This document shows, in pieces, positions 1 through 9,256 of a DNA stretch of 64,000 nucleotides (its first letter is position 1; each line of letters opens with the position of its first letter). Below the pieces are notes generated by a model, which was given only the letters and a program-made list of their open reading frames with translations, did not search any database and was not told where the DNA came from. Origin of the DNA: a virus; IMG/VR virus record IMGVR_UViG_3300028920_000694, positions 40,201 through 104,200 of that record, one strand, 5' to 3'. The translations under genes were made by a program, and so were the position numbers.

Positions 1-1
1 T

Positions 2-670
2 ATAATATATCCACTGATTGTGGATAGTATTGATTATGATACATCAATTCTTGGAGAATATGTAAATGTATCTGGAATTGAACCACCACCAGTCTTTACT
101 ATGGGAAAGTATAATGCACAGGACTATCTATTCCAGACTATGTATCCTAAACCATTCAAAATAGAGAGGATGCTTGACTTTGGAGCAGGATATGGAAGAC
201 AGATTAATCTATGGAGTCAACATCATAGAGATGACCTAACATATGTAGGAATGGATTCAGTGCCACAATCATACTGTCTTCAGAATCTATACTATAGATA
301 TGCAGATATGCCTATGTATGAATATATGGAGAAGAAGAGATTGAAGATAAAGAAGAAAGGTATCTATCATATACCTACATGGAGAACTGATTTACTTCCA
401 AGTAAGTATTTTGATATGGTGAGTGCAGTTCAAGTTATGCAAGAGATAAATGAAGAGCTAGTGAAACACATGTTAGATGAATTTAAGAGAGTTCTGAAGG
501 TAGGTGGAGAATTGTATATAAGAGACCATGGAATGGCATTTAAATATTCAGCACATAAATTAGATATAGAAGAAATACTTTGGGATATGGACTTCACACT
601 AGAGTATGAACCAGACTATGTAGATTATGAAGAGATACATGGTATACCTAGAATCTGGAGGAAGAATTAG
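2..670 (+). CDS. Class I SAM-dependent methyltransferase, probably a sugar O-methyltransferase (5'-truncated by the window edge)
   Basis: Motif I LDFGAGYGR, followed by DSVPQSYCLQNLYY and a post-II region VLKVGGELYI. The frame is open from position 2, so the GTG at 20 is not necessarily the start. First gene of a sugar cluster. Confidence 0.75.
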   Translation: MIYPLIVDSIDYDTSILGEYVNVSGIEPPPVFTMGKYNAQDYLFQTMYPKPFKIERMLDFGAGYGRQINLWSQHHRDDLTYVGMDSVPQSYCLQNLYYRYADMPMYEYMEKKRLKIKKKGIYHIPTWRTDLLPSKYFDMVSAVQVMQEINEELVKHMLDEFKRVLKVGGELYIRDHGMAFKYSAHKLDIEEILWDMDFTLEYEPDYVDYEEIHGIPRIWRKN

Positions 671-1539
671 TGAAACATATACTAGTAACTGGTGGATTAG
701 GATTCATAGGAAAGCATCTAGTGAAAAGACTAGAGAAAGAAGGACATAATATTCATATCATAGACATCAAGGGTGGTTCTAATCTATTAGATATAGATGA
801 GATAACCAATAAACATTATGATATCATCTATCATCTTGCAGCTAATGCAGATGTCAGAGGTGGAATAGATAACACAACGATAGATTTGGAGAATAATATC
901 AGAGCTACACATAGACTTCTAGAATATATGAGGATGCATAATTGTAAGAATCTAGTATTTACATCATCAGCTACAATCTATGGAGAAAGAGATGATTTCC
1001 CAATACCAGAAGATGCACCTGACTTGAGACCTATCTCACTCTATGGAGCAAGTAAACTATCTGCAGAACATCTGATAGAGGCATATTCACATATGTTTGG
1101 AATCAATGCAAATATCTTCAGATTTGGGAACATTGTTGGTGAAGGAAACACTCATGGAGTAATTAATGACTTTGTGAGGAAACTACAGAAGAATCCAAAG
1201 AAACTAGAGATTCTAGGAAATGGAAATCAGATTAAGCAGTATCTTCATGTGAATGATTGTATTAATGCATTGATGAATATATCTATAGAAGAAGGAGTTA
1301 ATATATATAATCTAGCACATGATGATACCATGCCAGTAAGTAGACTAGCATCTATAGTTATAGATGAGATGGAATTAGATGCAGAAATAGAATATACTGG
1401 TGGAGATAGAGGATGGATAGGAGATGTTCCAGTTACTATCATAGATAATTCTAAGATGAAGGAATGTGGTTGGAAACCAACTGTAAGTGTAGAAGATGGA
1501 ATAAGAAGAACTGTGAGGTGGCTAATTGATAATCAGTAG
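670..1539 (+). CDS. NAD-dependent nucleotide-sugar epimerase/dehydratase (extended SDR)
   Basis: GGLGFIG Rossmann motif, TSSATIYG, catalytic YGASK, FRFGNIVG. Confidence 0.95.
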   Translation: MKHILVTGGLGFIGKHLVKRLEKEGHNIHIIDIKGGSNLLDIDEITNKHYDIIYHLAANADVRGGIDNTTIDLENNIRATHRLLEYMRMHNCKNLVFTSSATIYGERDDFPIPEDAPDLRPISLYGASKLSAEHLIEAYSHMFGINANIFRFGNIVGEGNTHGVINDFVRKLQKNPKKLEILGNGNQIKQYLHVNDCINALMNISIEEGVNIYNLAHDDTMPVSRLASIVIDEMELDAEIEYTGGDRGWIGDVPVTIIDNSKMKECGWKPTVSVEDGIRRTVRWLIDNQ

Positions 1540-2485
1540 AACTCCATATAGAATATCATTTGCAGGTGGTCTATCTGACCTAGAAGCATATTATAAGTAT
1601 CAGGATGGACATGTAGTATCTACTACTATAGATAAATATCTCTACCTATTCGTGACTAAGAATCTAATAGGCAAGTATAGAGCAGTTTATAGAAATGTAG
1701 AAGAAGTGGATGAGATAGATGACATTAAGCATCCATTAGTAAGAGAATGTCTTAAGATGGCTAAGATAGATGAACCAGTAGAGATAATGTGTCTATCTGA
1801 TGCACCTGGAGGAACAGGTTTAGGTTCTTCATCTGCATTCACTGTAGGACTTCTTAATGCTTTATATAGATATAATGGAATCCAATGTAACAAAGCCAAA
1901 CTAGCAGAGGATGCATGTAAGATAGAAATAGATATACTAGGTGAGCCTATAGGAAAGCAGGATCAATATAACTGTGCTTTTGGTGGACTGAATCATTATG
2001 TATTTACTAAGAAGAGAATCAGAATCCATCCTATACTAGCAGATATAGAGACAATTAATAGATTACAAGACAATCTAATGTTATTCTATACAAACATTCA
2101 GAGAAAAGCATCTGATATTCTAAATAATCAGAAGAAGAATATGCATGATATAGTTCCAATAGTCAAAGATATGACTTGGATGGCTAGCTGTATATCTAGT
2201 GACTTACATCATAATACACTAGATAACATAGGTGCATATATAGGTGAAGAGTGGAATCTAAAGAAGAAGACTGGAAATGTATCTAATGAGATGATAGATG
2301 AGATAATAGATAGAACATATGATGCAGGAGCTACAGGAGCAAAGTTATGTGGAGCAGGTTCAGGTGGATTTCTGATGGTATATTGTGAACCAGCATATCA
2401 AGATGCAGTTAGAAAAAGACTATCTGATCTGACAGAGTTTCCATTTAGATTTGATGAACATGGGAGTAGGATAATACATGCCTGA
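1526..2485 (+). CDS. hddA: GHMP kinase, D-glycero-alpha-D-manno-heptose-7-phosphate kinase (HddA-like)
   Basis: N-terminus IISRTPYRISFAGG, GHMP motif PGGTGLGSSSA, IGKQDQY and GAKLCGAGSGGF, all typical of the HddA subfamily. Confidence 0.85.
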   Translation: MIISRTPYRISFAGGLSDLEAYYKYQDGHVVSTTIDKYLYLFVTKNLIGKYRAVYRNVEEVDEIDDIKHPLVRECLKMAKIDEPVEIMCLSDAPGGTGLGSSSAFTVGLLNALYRYNGIQCNKAKLAEDACKIEIDILGEPIGKQDQYNCAFGGLNHYVFTKKRIRIHPILADIETINRLQDNLMLFYTNIQRKASDILNNQKKNMHDIVPIVKDMTWMASCISSDLHHNTLDNIGAYIGEEWNLKKKTGNVSNEMIDEIIDRTYDAGATGAKLCGAGSGGFLMVYCEPAYQDAVRKRLSDLTEFPFRFDEHGSRIIHA

Positions 2486-3530
2486 AGTATCTATAATCAT
2501 ACCAACAAATAGAAGAAATAAAGTCATGATACCTAAGATAAGGAATATCCAGAGTGCACTTCTAAGGAACCATTTCAGTAGAACATTCACTAATGAATTC
2601 ATAGATTTGATTACCCAGAGAACATTTGATGTCAATCATTATCTAGAACTTACACTCAGCTCTCTATCATATCAAACATTCAAAGACTTTGAAGTTATTA
2701 TCTCACATAGATATCCAGAAGATGCTCTAGAGACAGTTAAGATGGAATGGGGATTTCCTATCAAGCTAGTAAAAGAGAAACCATCTATATGGCATGATTT
2801 AGGTGAGAAGTATCCTACACTCTGTAACAACATCAACACTGGAGTCATTCATTCTTCTGGAGAACTTCTCTGGAGACTAGATGACTTGACATTCTTTAAT
2901 AATAGAGCTTTAGAAGAATTGTGGAGTAACTGGAAGAATGGATACTATTCCACCAGTAGAGGATTCAGATGTATTGACTTTGAAGAGAAATGTCTTGGTA
3001 TGAAGGAGAGGTCAGTAAGAGTAGGACCTAATAAATATAACTGTTACTATAATGGATGGCTAGGTCAACTGAAGCCCCTGACTATGGAAGGTAATGAAAT
3101 TCCTAGCTGGATGATGTGGGGATTCTCTAGTACAATGTCTATAGATGATTTCCTTGAGGTTAATGGACAAGATGAGATATATGATGGAAGCATATCAGGT
3201 ACAGATATAGAAATCGCAATGAGGATAGCAAAGATAAATAAACAGAGGAGACTAGCTACACAGAACTTTGTATATGAGATAAATGATGTTCCATACAAGT
3301 ATATGGCCAGAGATGATGTTGCAATGAGAAGACTCTGGCAAGTGAATAATCTGACTGCTAATGATTGGAAGCCTACAGAAAAGCAGATGAAACTATATGA
3401 AAGGTGGCATAAAAAGAAACTAGGTGAATTAGATGAGTATTGGAATCAGTTCATGAATGTGCCTTATCTGGACATGAAAAAAGAGTATAAAGACAAGAAA
3501 TTGGGGAAAATAGTCTATGAAAGTGAATAA
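2478..3530 (+). CDS. Glycosyltransferase, GT-A fold (GT2-like)
   Basis: N-terminal VSIIIPT, LSSLSYQTFKDFEVII, SSGELLWRLDDL (DxD-like) and GQDEIYDG..GTDIEIAMR (GxxDED-like). Confidence 0.8.
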   Translation: MPEVSIIIPTNRRNKVMIPKIRNIQSALLRNHFSRTFTNEFIDLITQRTFDVNHYLELTLSSLSYQTFKDFEVIISHRYPEDALETVKMEWGFPIKLVKEKPSIWHDLGEKYPTLCNNINTGVIHSSGELLWRLDDLTFFNNRALEELWSNWKNGYYSTSRGFRCIDFEEKCLGMKERSVRVGPNKYNCYYNGWLGQLKPLTMEGNEIPSWMMWGFSSTMSIDDFLEVNGQDEIYDGSISGTDIEIAMRIAKINKQRRLATQNFVYEINDVPYKYMARDDVAMRRLWQVNNLTANDWKPTEKQMKLYERWHKKKLGELDEYWNQFMNVPYLDMKKEYKDKKLGKIVYESE

Positions 3531-3711
3531 TGTAGAATGTAGTCGAGGATATGCCTCAGAAATCGATTTAAAGGGGTCATACAGCCACGTAGAAGCAAAA
3601 ACTATTTTTACTAATGGTATTATACCTGTGGCATATCCAAATGCGTTAGCGTGGCTCTTTGGTGCCTTTAAATGGAAATTAGGGTTTTTTGATGAAAATG
3701 AACATAAATAA
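3517..3711 (+). CDS. Possible short ORF read through repeat copy A; may be non-coding
   Basis: The ATG overlaps the end of the GT gene and the ORF end overlaps the gmhA start, but nearly all of it is the 130-bp repeat and it has no recognisable motif. Confidence 0.2.
   Translation: MKVNNVECSRGYASEIDLKGSYSHVEAKTIFTNGIIPVAYPNALAWLFGAFKWKLGFFDENEHK
3541..3675 (-). repeat. Dispersed ~130-bp quasi-palindromic element, copy A
   Basis: The reverse complement reads CCATTTAAAGG..CAAAGAGC...ATACCATTAG...TGCTTCTACGTGGCT...CATATCCTCGACT and is colinear with copies B and C. Internal inverted arms are TTTAAAGG..AGCCACG and CGTGGCT..CCTTTAAA. Confidence 0.8.
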
Positions 3712-4216
3712 GTATTTAGATGAATTTAAGAGTGTGTTTGAAGATATAAAGAAGCAGTATAACAAGTTAGATGAGATAGTAGATATTATAAAGCAATCAG
3801 AGAAGATATACATAGCAGGTAATGGAGCATCTGCATTGATATCATCACATCTAGCCCTGCATCTGAGACAGTTAGGATATGATGCAATATCTCTAACAGA
3901 TAATGTAGGACTAGTGACTGCAGAAGCTAATGATGATGAATATAAAAATATATTTATGAACCAACTATATTCTACATCAGATAGAGGAGACATTCTAATC
4001 ATCTTCTCTGGTTCTGGTAATTCAGAGAATGTAGTGACTGGTGCAAAGTATATGATAGATATAGGAGAGAAGGTAATTGCATTTGTAGGAACAGATGGTG
4101 GAGAATTAAGTATGATGGAAGATGTAGAGTGTTTTCATGTGAATGGGGATATGCAGCACGCTGAAGATGCATTCTCAATTATATGTCACTTGCTTTTGAG
4201 GTGTTTAGATGAGTAA
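3689..4216 (+). CDS. gmhA: Phosphoheptose (sedoheptulose-7-phosphate) isomerase, SIS domain
   Basis: IYIAGNGASA, TAEAND, GDILIIFSGSGNSENV and GTDGG, as in GmhA. The C-terminal QE.H motif is diverged (QHAEDAF). Confidence 0.85.
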   Translation: MMKMNINKYLDEFKSVFEDIKKQYNKLDEIVDIIKQSEKIYIAGNGASALISSHLALHLRQLGYDAISLTDNVGLVTAEANDDEYKNIFMNQLYSTSDRGDILIIFSGSGNSENVVTGAKYMIDIGEKVIAFVGTDGGELSMMEDVECFHVNGDMQHAEDAFSIICHLLLRCLDE

Positions 4217-4427
4217 ACTTGAATTTAAATGTCCATTTTGTGATGCAGATATGGAAATTATAAGCCAGAATATTAGTATACCATTGAATTATTTATTTGG
4301 TACAAAAAACAAATTAACAGAAGAGTGGATTTGTATGAATGAAGAATGTCAATGTAGACTTGAGATAAATGCAGAATCTGTATCAATGATACCAATAGAA
4401 AGACAATGGAGACCAACAAATGAGTAA
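4209..4427 (+). CDS. Small zinc-ribbon protein
   Basis: CPFC ... CMNEEC; overlaps both neighbouring genes. Confidence 0.6.
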   Translation: MSKLEFKCPFCDADMEIISQNISIPLNYLFGTKNKLTEEWICMNEECQCRLEINAESVSMIPIERQWRPTNE

Positions 4428-5244
4428 ACCAAGAATTGGCATTTGTGGATTCGGAGTTGTGGGTAGAGCTATCCATGCAGGATTCTATACTAAAGCAAAG
4501 TTCAGGATATATGATATTAATCCAGATGTATCAGTTAATGACCTAGAAGATGTATGCATAGATAGTGAATTCATATTCATATGTGTTCCTACTCCTATGA
4601 AAGAGAATGGAGAGGCAGACACTTCTATAGTAGAAGAGACTGTTCAGAGATGTTTAGATTACATCAACCACACAGATACTATTCTAATAATCAAATCAAC
4701 TATTCCACCAGAGACTACAAAGATGCTTCAGGAGAGGCATCCAGATATACATATAGTCTTCTCACCAGAGTTCTTAACTGCTAGGTGTGCTAGACTAGAC
4801 TTCATTAATAATGCTAGAATCATTCTGGGTGGAGATATAGGAGATACAAAAAGAGTAGAGAGTCTCTTCAGATTGAGATTTCCACATACACCAATCATTC
4901 ACACAGATCCAACAACTGCAGAGATTGTAAAGTATGCAGCTAACTGTTTCTTTACCACAAAACTATCTTACTTCAATGAGATTTATCAGGTATGCCAGAA
5001 ATTAGGAGTTGATTATGAAGATGTGAAGAAGATGGTTCTACTTGATGGTAGGATAGGTAATTCACATGTTGATGTACCTGGATTTGATGGCCATCTAGGA
5101 TGGGGACAAGCATGTTTCACCAAAGACCATAATGCATTAATAAAAAAAGAAGAAGAACTAGGAATCGAACCTAGTGTTCTAAAAGGAGTATGGAAGAAGA
5201 ACGAAGAAGTTAGAGGAAAAAGATATTGGAAAAAAGGACTTTAA
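4420..5244 (+). CDS. UDP-glucose/GDP-mannose dehydrogenase family protein (short form without the C-terminal domain)
   Basis: GFGVVG, FICVPTP, IKSTIPP, SPEFL, EIVKYAANCF, GWGQACFTKD (GxGGxCxPKD-like). Confidence 0.9.
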   Translation: MSKPRIGICGFGVVGRAIHAGFYTKAKFRIYDINPDVSVNDLEDVCIDSEFIFICVPTPMKENGEADTSIVEETVQRCLDYINHTDTILIIKSTIPPETTKMLQERHPDIHIVFSPEFLTARCARLDFINNARIILGGDIGDTKRVESLFRLRFPHTPIIHTDPTTAEIVKYAANCFFTTKLSYFNEIYQVCQKLGVDYEDVKKMVLLDGRIGNSHVDVPGFDGHLGWGQACFTKDHNALIKKEEELGIEPSVLKGVWKKNEEVRGKRYWKKGL

Positions 5245-7869
5245 TTAAACTTCTGCTCTCCATGAAAATGATTGTGCATCTGGAGAAGAATGATACACAG
5301 TGATGTTTGTGGCATCCACTGTGAATGAATACATGATTGGATTTGCACCTGATGGAGATAGATTAACATAAGATGGTTTGCTTGGGCACCCATGTGCTAT
5401 AGTTCCTGCATCTGAAACATTAGCCCATCCTCTATATAAACTTTGTAAGGAACCTTTGATTGTGCCTCCTGATATTGTAGTTCCAGATATACCATCTGCA
5501 TCAATACCTGCAGCAGTCAACACACCTGTTGTTGTATCATCTGCATTATCTTTTAGATAGTCAGAAGCACCCACTAAGTTTGTATTGTTACCAGATACCC
5601 AATCTGCATAGATACCTGTCTGTGAGGAATACAGACCAGCTTTTATATTACCACCAGAGATTGCTTGAGTAGATATGCATTGTGAAGAGAAATTACCTTG
5701 GAAGTATGCATCTCCTTTAAATAGTGCATCACCTGCATCTATATAAAGTCCATAGTTATTTGTAGCACCACCAGCATAAGCATATATTCCTATGTTTGTG
5801 GTATTAGCCCCTACAGCAGTACCATTAAATCCATATAAAGTATCTAATCCAGCTTTATTAGCATGCATTTTAATAGCTTGGATAAAGTCGGTATTATCAT
5901 CTGGAGTTAATTGAACATTAACAAACCCCCTTAAAGTTCCTGTCATAGAATTATGCCCAAATGATGCTCCACCTGAATGTTGCATATGGAATGGTGAAGA
6001 AGGTGTGAACTTTGCCATATTCACCCCTAGAGAATTAGTTATTATAGAACCTCCAGAGATAGTTTGAGAAGAAAGAAAAGTCATATTATGAATACCCTTA
6101 CTATTCCAATCCTTATCAGCATTTATAGTCAAATCAGAAAGGTTAGATACTCCATCTCCCCCACCACCTATCATAGTGTTCCAACCACCACTATTAGCAC
6201 TACAAATATATAAATTTGATAATGAAGTAGTTCCAGATAACCAAAGAACTCCAGCTCTCTGTGATGGTTCATCTGTGCTTGGAATTATTTCAATCATAGA
6301 ACCAGAAAATCTGTGAGTAGTTATTCCTCTTTTTGTTAATATAAGTCTTCCACCACTATCATTATAGTTAAGTTGCATTGCTCCACTACCTTCCATATAT
6401 ACAAATGGACTATATGTTTGAGCAATATCATTGCAGTAGATATACATATCATCAGTGACTAGACTACCACCTTTTAAGACTGTATTATCATCTGATTTCT
6501 GTATACTAAATAATGCAGTATTTCCGCTTTCAATAGTAAGTGGTTGATTTCCATGAAGTCTTATATCTATATTTCCAGCATCAAATAAAGCAATAGCAGG
6601 CTGTGCATCTATATCATTAGCTAATAACTTAAGATTCTTTCCATCAATACCACCTTCAATAATAGATGTTGTTCCATCATATGTGAAATCAAATATCTGA
6701 GTAGAACCACTTTTCATAGTAATTCTACTAGGGCTATTAGTTATTAAATCAGTTAATCTTATTGATCCACCTGAAATTGATGCGGAAGAAATACCTGCAG
6801 CATTATAAATAGTCTTTGAATTCCAATCCTTATCAGCGTCTATAGTTAAATCTGATAAATTAGAAGCACCAGCACCAACACTTGGTCCATTATATACAGA
6901 ACAAGAAATAGTATGTGCTTGTAATTGACTGGATATAGATATCTTATTACCAGATAAAAGAATGTTACTACTAGCTTTTATACGGATATCACCTGGATGA
7001 GTAGCATGATCTTCACCATAAAAAGAAATATATGATTGTTCAGTTGTATAATGTCTAAATCTAGCTTCTTGGTCACTCCAACCAATCATCAAGTCTGTTC
7101 TTTTAGATGCAGTAGATGGATTAAAGATTAATATAGGTGTTCCATCTCTCCATATTCTAAATGTATGTGGAGTCTCACTACCTAGACCGACTCCAACAGT
7201 TGATGAATCGCCTACTGAGATATATTGAGTATTACTTGTATTACCCTTTATGACTATCTTCTCATCATGACTACCCCCGTATAGATTACTAGTTGTTCTA
7301 TTGTGAGTAAACTGAAATGTCTCACTACCAGTCTTATAGAAATACACATCATCATTTGTATCTAAGATTATATCTCCAGCACCATTTAATTTAATGTAAG
7401 GATATGTATCTGAACTATTCGCATTAATTATCATATCATCATTAGCATCATCACCACCGAATAAACGGCTATCATCTCCATCCACATCAAATTGGAATAT
7501 CTTAGATCCCTGTTCCTCTATATCAAAATCTCCACCAGTAGCCAAATCAATTCCAACATCACTGGCACCTTGTATTTGAATAAATGGGTAGGTATCTTTA
7601 TCATTAGCCTTAATAATCATAATAGAATCATTCTCATCTGTTCCATATATTGTAGTACCCTGCGCTTCAAGAGCAACCTTTAGCATTTGATCGCCATCAT
7701 CTTTCATTATTATCTTACTACTAGCATCTAGTATTATATCATCTGGGGCATCCATATTATACCAATCAGAACCAGTATTGTTATGTCTAATTTCTGGAAC
7801 CATTGTATTCCAATTACTATAAGTGATTGTATTGCCAGATTCCATTGAATCGTACCAATTAGTTGCCAT
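5245..7869 (-). CDS. Tail fibre / receptor-binding protein (874 aa, modular)
   Basis: Last gene of the tail-tip block. Rich in Gly/Ser/Asp, with repeated SSxxISGG and SNLSDLTI.ADKDWNSK modules. A ~110-aa module and the C-terminal domain are shared with 24439..27147. Confidence 0.7.
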   Translation of the reverse strand: MATNWYDSMESGNTITYSNWNTMVPEIRHNNTGSDWYNMDAPDDIILDASSKIIMKDDGDQMLKVALEAQGTTIYGTDENDSIMIIKANDKDTYPFIQIQGASDVGIDLATGGDFDIEEQGSKIFQFDVDGDDSRLFGGDDANDDMIINANSSDTYPYIKLNGAGDIILDTNDDVYFYKTGSETFQFTHNRTTSNLYGGSHDEKIVIKGNTSNTQYISVGDSSTVGVGLGSETPHTFRIWRDGTPILIFNPSTASKRTDLMIGWSDQEARFRHYTTEQSYISFYGEDHATHPGDIRIKASSNILLSGNKISISSQLQAHTISCSVYNGPSVGAGASNLSDLTIDADKDWNSKTIYNAAGISSASISGGSIRLTDLITNSPSRITMKSGSTQIFDFTYDGTTSIIEGGIDGKNLKLLANDIDAQPAIALFDAGNIDIRLHGNQPLTIESGNTALFSIQKSDDNTVLKGGSLVTDDMYIYCNDIAQTYSPFVYMEGSGAMQLNYNDSGGRLILTKRGITTHRFSGSMIEIIPSTDEPSQRAGVLWLSGTTSLSNLYICSANSGGWNTMIGGGGDGVSNLSDLTINADKDWNSKGIHNMTFLSSQTISGGSIITNSLGVNMAKFTPSSPFHMQHSGGASFGHNSMTGTLRGFVNVQLTPDDNTDFIQAIKMHANKAGLDTLYGFNGTAVGANTTNIGIYAYAGGATNNYGLYIDAGDALFKGDAYFQGNFSSQCISTQAISGGNIKAGLYSSQTGIYADWVSGNNTNLVGASDYLKDNADDTTTGVLTAAGIDADGISGTTISGGTIKGSLQSLYRGWANVSDAGTIAHGCPSKPSYVNLSPSGANPIMYSFTVDATNITVYHSSPDAQSFSWRAEV

Positions 7870-7885
7870 ATTTATCTACCTCTCA

Positions 7886-8410
7886 TTATAAATCTCCACT
7901 TCCACTAACCATTGCTTCTATCTTACATCCTATCCATCCTTCTGCTGAATTTGGAATTGGATGAAGAACTACATTCTTCACAAAAGCAATCGTTTCTTTT
8001 CTCATGTTCCTTAATGTGCTTGCTCCCATATCATTAGATGATGGTGTAGGCAAGAATTTGATAGTGTTCTCTGCACTCCAAGTAGTATCATACATATGTC
8101 TTCTTCCAAGTATTTTAAACAGTTCACCAACTGCACCTGGAATGATATTATCCATTAGAGTATCCACATCTGATTTTTTCATCCATGTTTCTATTATAAC
8201 AGAGTAATCTTGAACATCCCATCTGCTACACTTGACATCTAAGAAATCACTTGTTCCCATATTTCCATAATAGATAGCCAAGTCATTATCATATTTGAAT
8301 GGTGGAGAAGGTGGAAGAGCACATGGACCAAAGCAGAATCCAAAATCATCATCAAAATAATAAGGAAATGTTCTATGAGATGCCTGAGGATGAGTATCAA
8401 ATGCAGACAT
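7886..8410 (-). CDS. Tail-tip protein, paralog 3 of a tandem triplet (possibly distal-tail-like)
   Basis: Shares CSRWD..Y..I.ETW...GAVGELFKILGR...YDTTWS.ENTI with the two preceding genes. Confidence 0.55.
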   Translation of the reverse strand: MSAFDTHPQASHRTFPYYFDDDFGFCFGPCALPPSPPFKYDNDLAIYYGNMGTSDFLDVKCSRWDVQDYSVIIETWMKKSDVDTLMDNIIPGAVGELFKILGRRHMYDTTWSAENTIKFLPTPSSNDMGASTLRNMRKETIAFVKNVVLHPIPNSAEGWIGCKIEAMVSGSGDL

Positions 8411-9255
8411 TATAAATCTCCACTTCCACTAGCTACGCATTCTATCTTCACATGAATCCATCCTTTATCTCCTTCAACTGGTGAATCTGTGATATTCTTT
8501 ACAAAAACAACTTCTTTACTTCTCATATTTGATAATTGTCTATCTGGAATAGGAATTAATTCAATTGTATTTTCACCTGACCATGTAGTATCATAGTGAT
8601 GAGGTCTACCTAATATCTTAAATAATTCACCCACTGCTTGTGGAGTTATGCTATCTCTTAATGATTGCAAATCAGATTTATTTAGCCATGTCTCTAAAAT
8701 CATTCCATAATCTCCAACATCCCATCTAGAACACCAACATTGAATTACACATGAATGTCCTGTTATTAACATATCACCTGTTTCATTATCCCAAGATACT
8801 CTAATTTGTACCATACTAACTGCATTACCTGATGATGTATTTATTGCTTGAACATCACATTTAAGATTAACTATATCTTCCCATGTCCAATGAGAAGGAG
8901 CATTTGTATCTGAAGTTATATCATACCATTCAGTCCAATATAACCACATACTAATCCAATCATGAATATGATTATCTCCATCACCATCAGCAAATACTGG
9001 TCTTAATTCTACTTTATTATTATCAGTATTTCCTGGAATTTCTCTACCTCTCATTCTAATCTCTACTTTAGTTATCTTCCCATATGATATACCAGGACAT
9101 GTATTAGAATTTAATGCACATATATCTCCACTACTTCCACCAGATTCATCTCCAGCATCTCCATCTACCATATCACCTGGAACAGTTGGACCACCATCCC
9201 ATCCATTTGTTTCACTAGGATCATATCCATCAAAATAATATATCTCACTTGGCAT
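8410..9255 (-). CDS. Tail-tip protein, paralog 2, with an extra N-terminal module
   Basis: C-terminal ~120 aa are paralogous to 7886..8410; both end SGSGDL. Confidence 0.55.
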   Translation of the reverse strand: MPSEIYYFDGYDPSETNGWDGGPTVPGDMVDGDAGDESGGSSGDICALNSNTCPGISYGKITKVEIRMRGREIPGNTDNNKVELRPVFADGDGDNHIHDWISMWLYWTEWYDITSDTNAPSHWTWEDIVNLKCDVQAINTSSGNAVSMVQIRVSWDNETGDMLITGHSCVIQCWCSRWDVGDYGMILETWLNKSDLQSLRDSITPQAVGELFKILGRPHHYDTTWSGENTIELIPIPDRQLSNMRSKEVVFVKNITDSPVEGDKGWIHVKIECVASGSGDL

Positions 9256-9256
9256 A

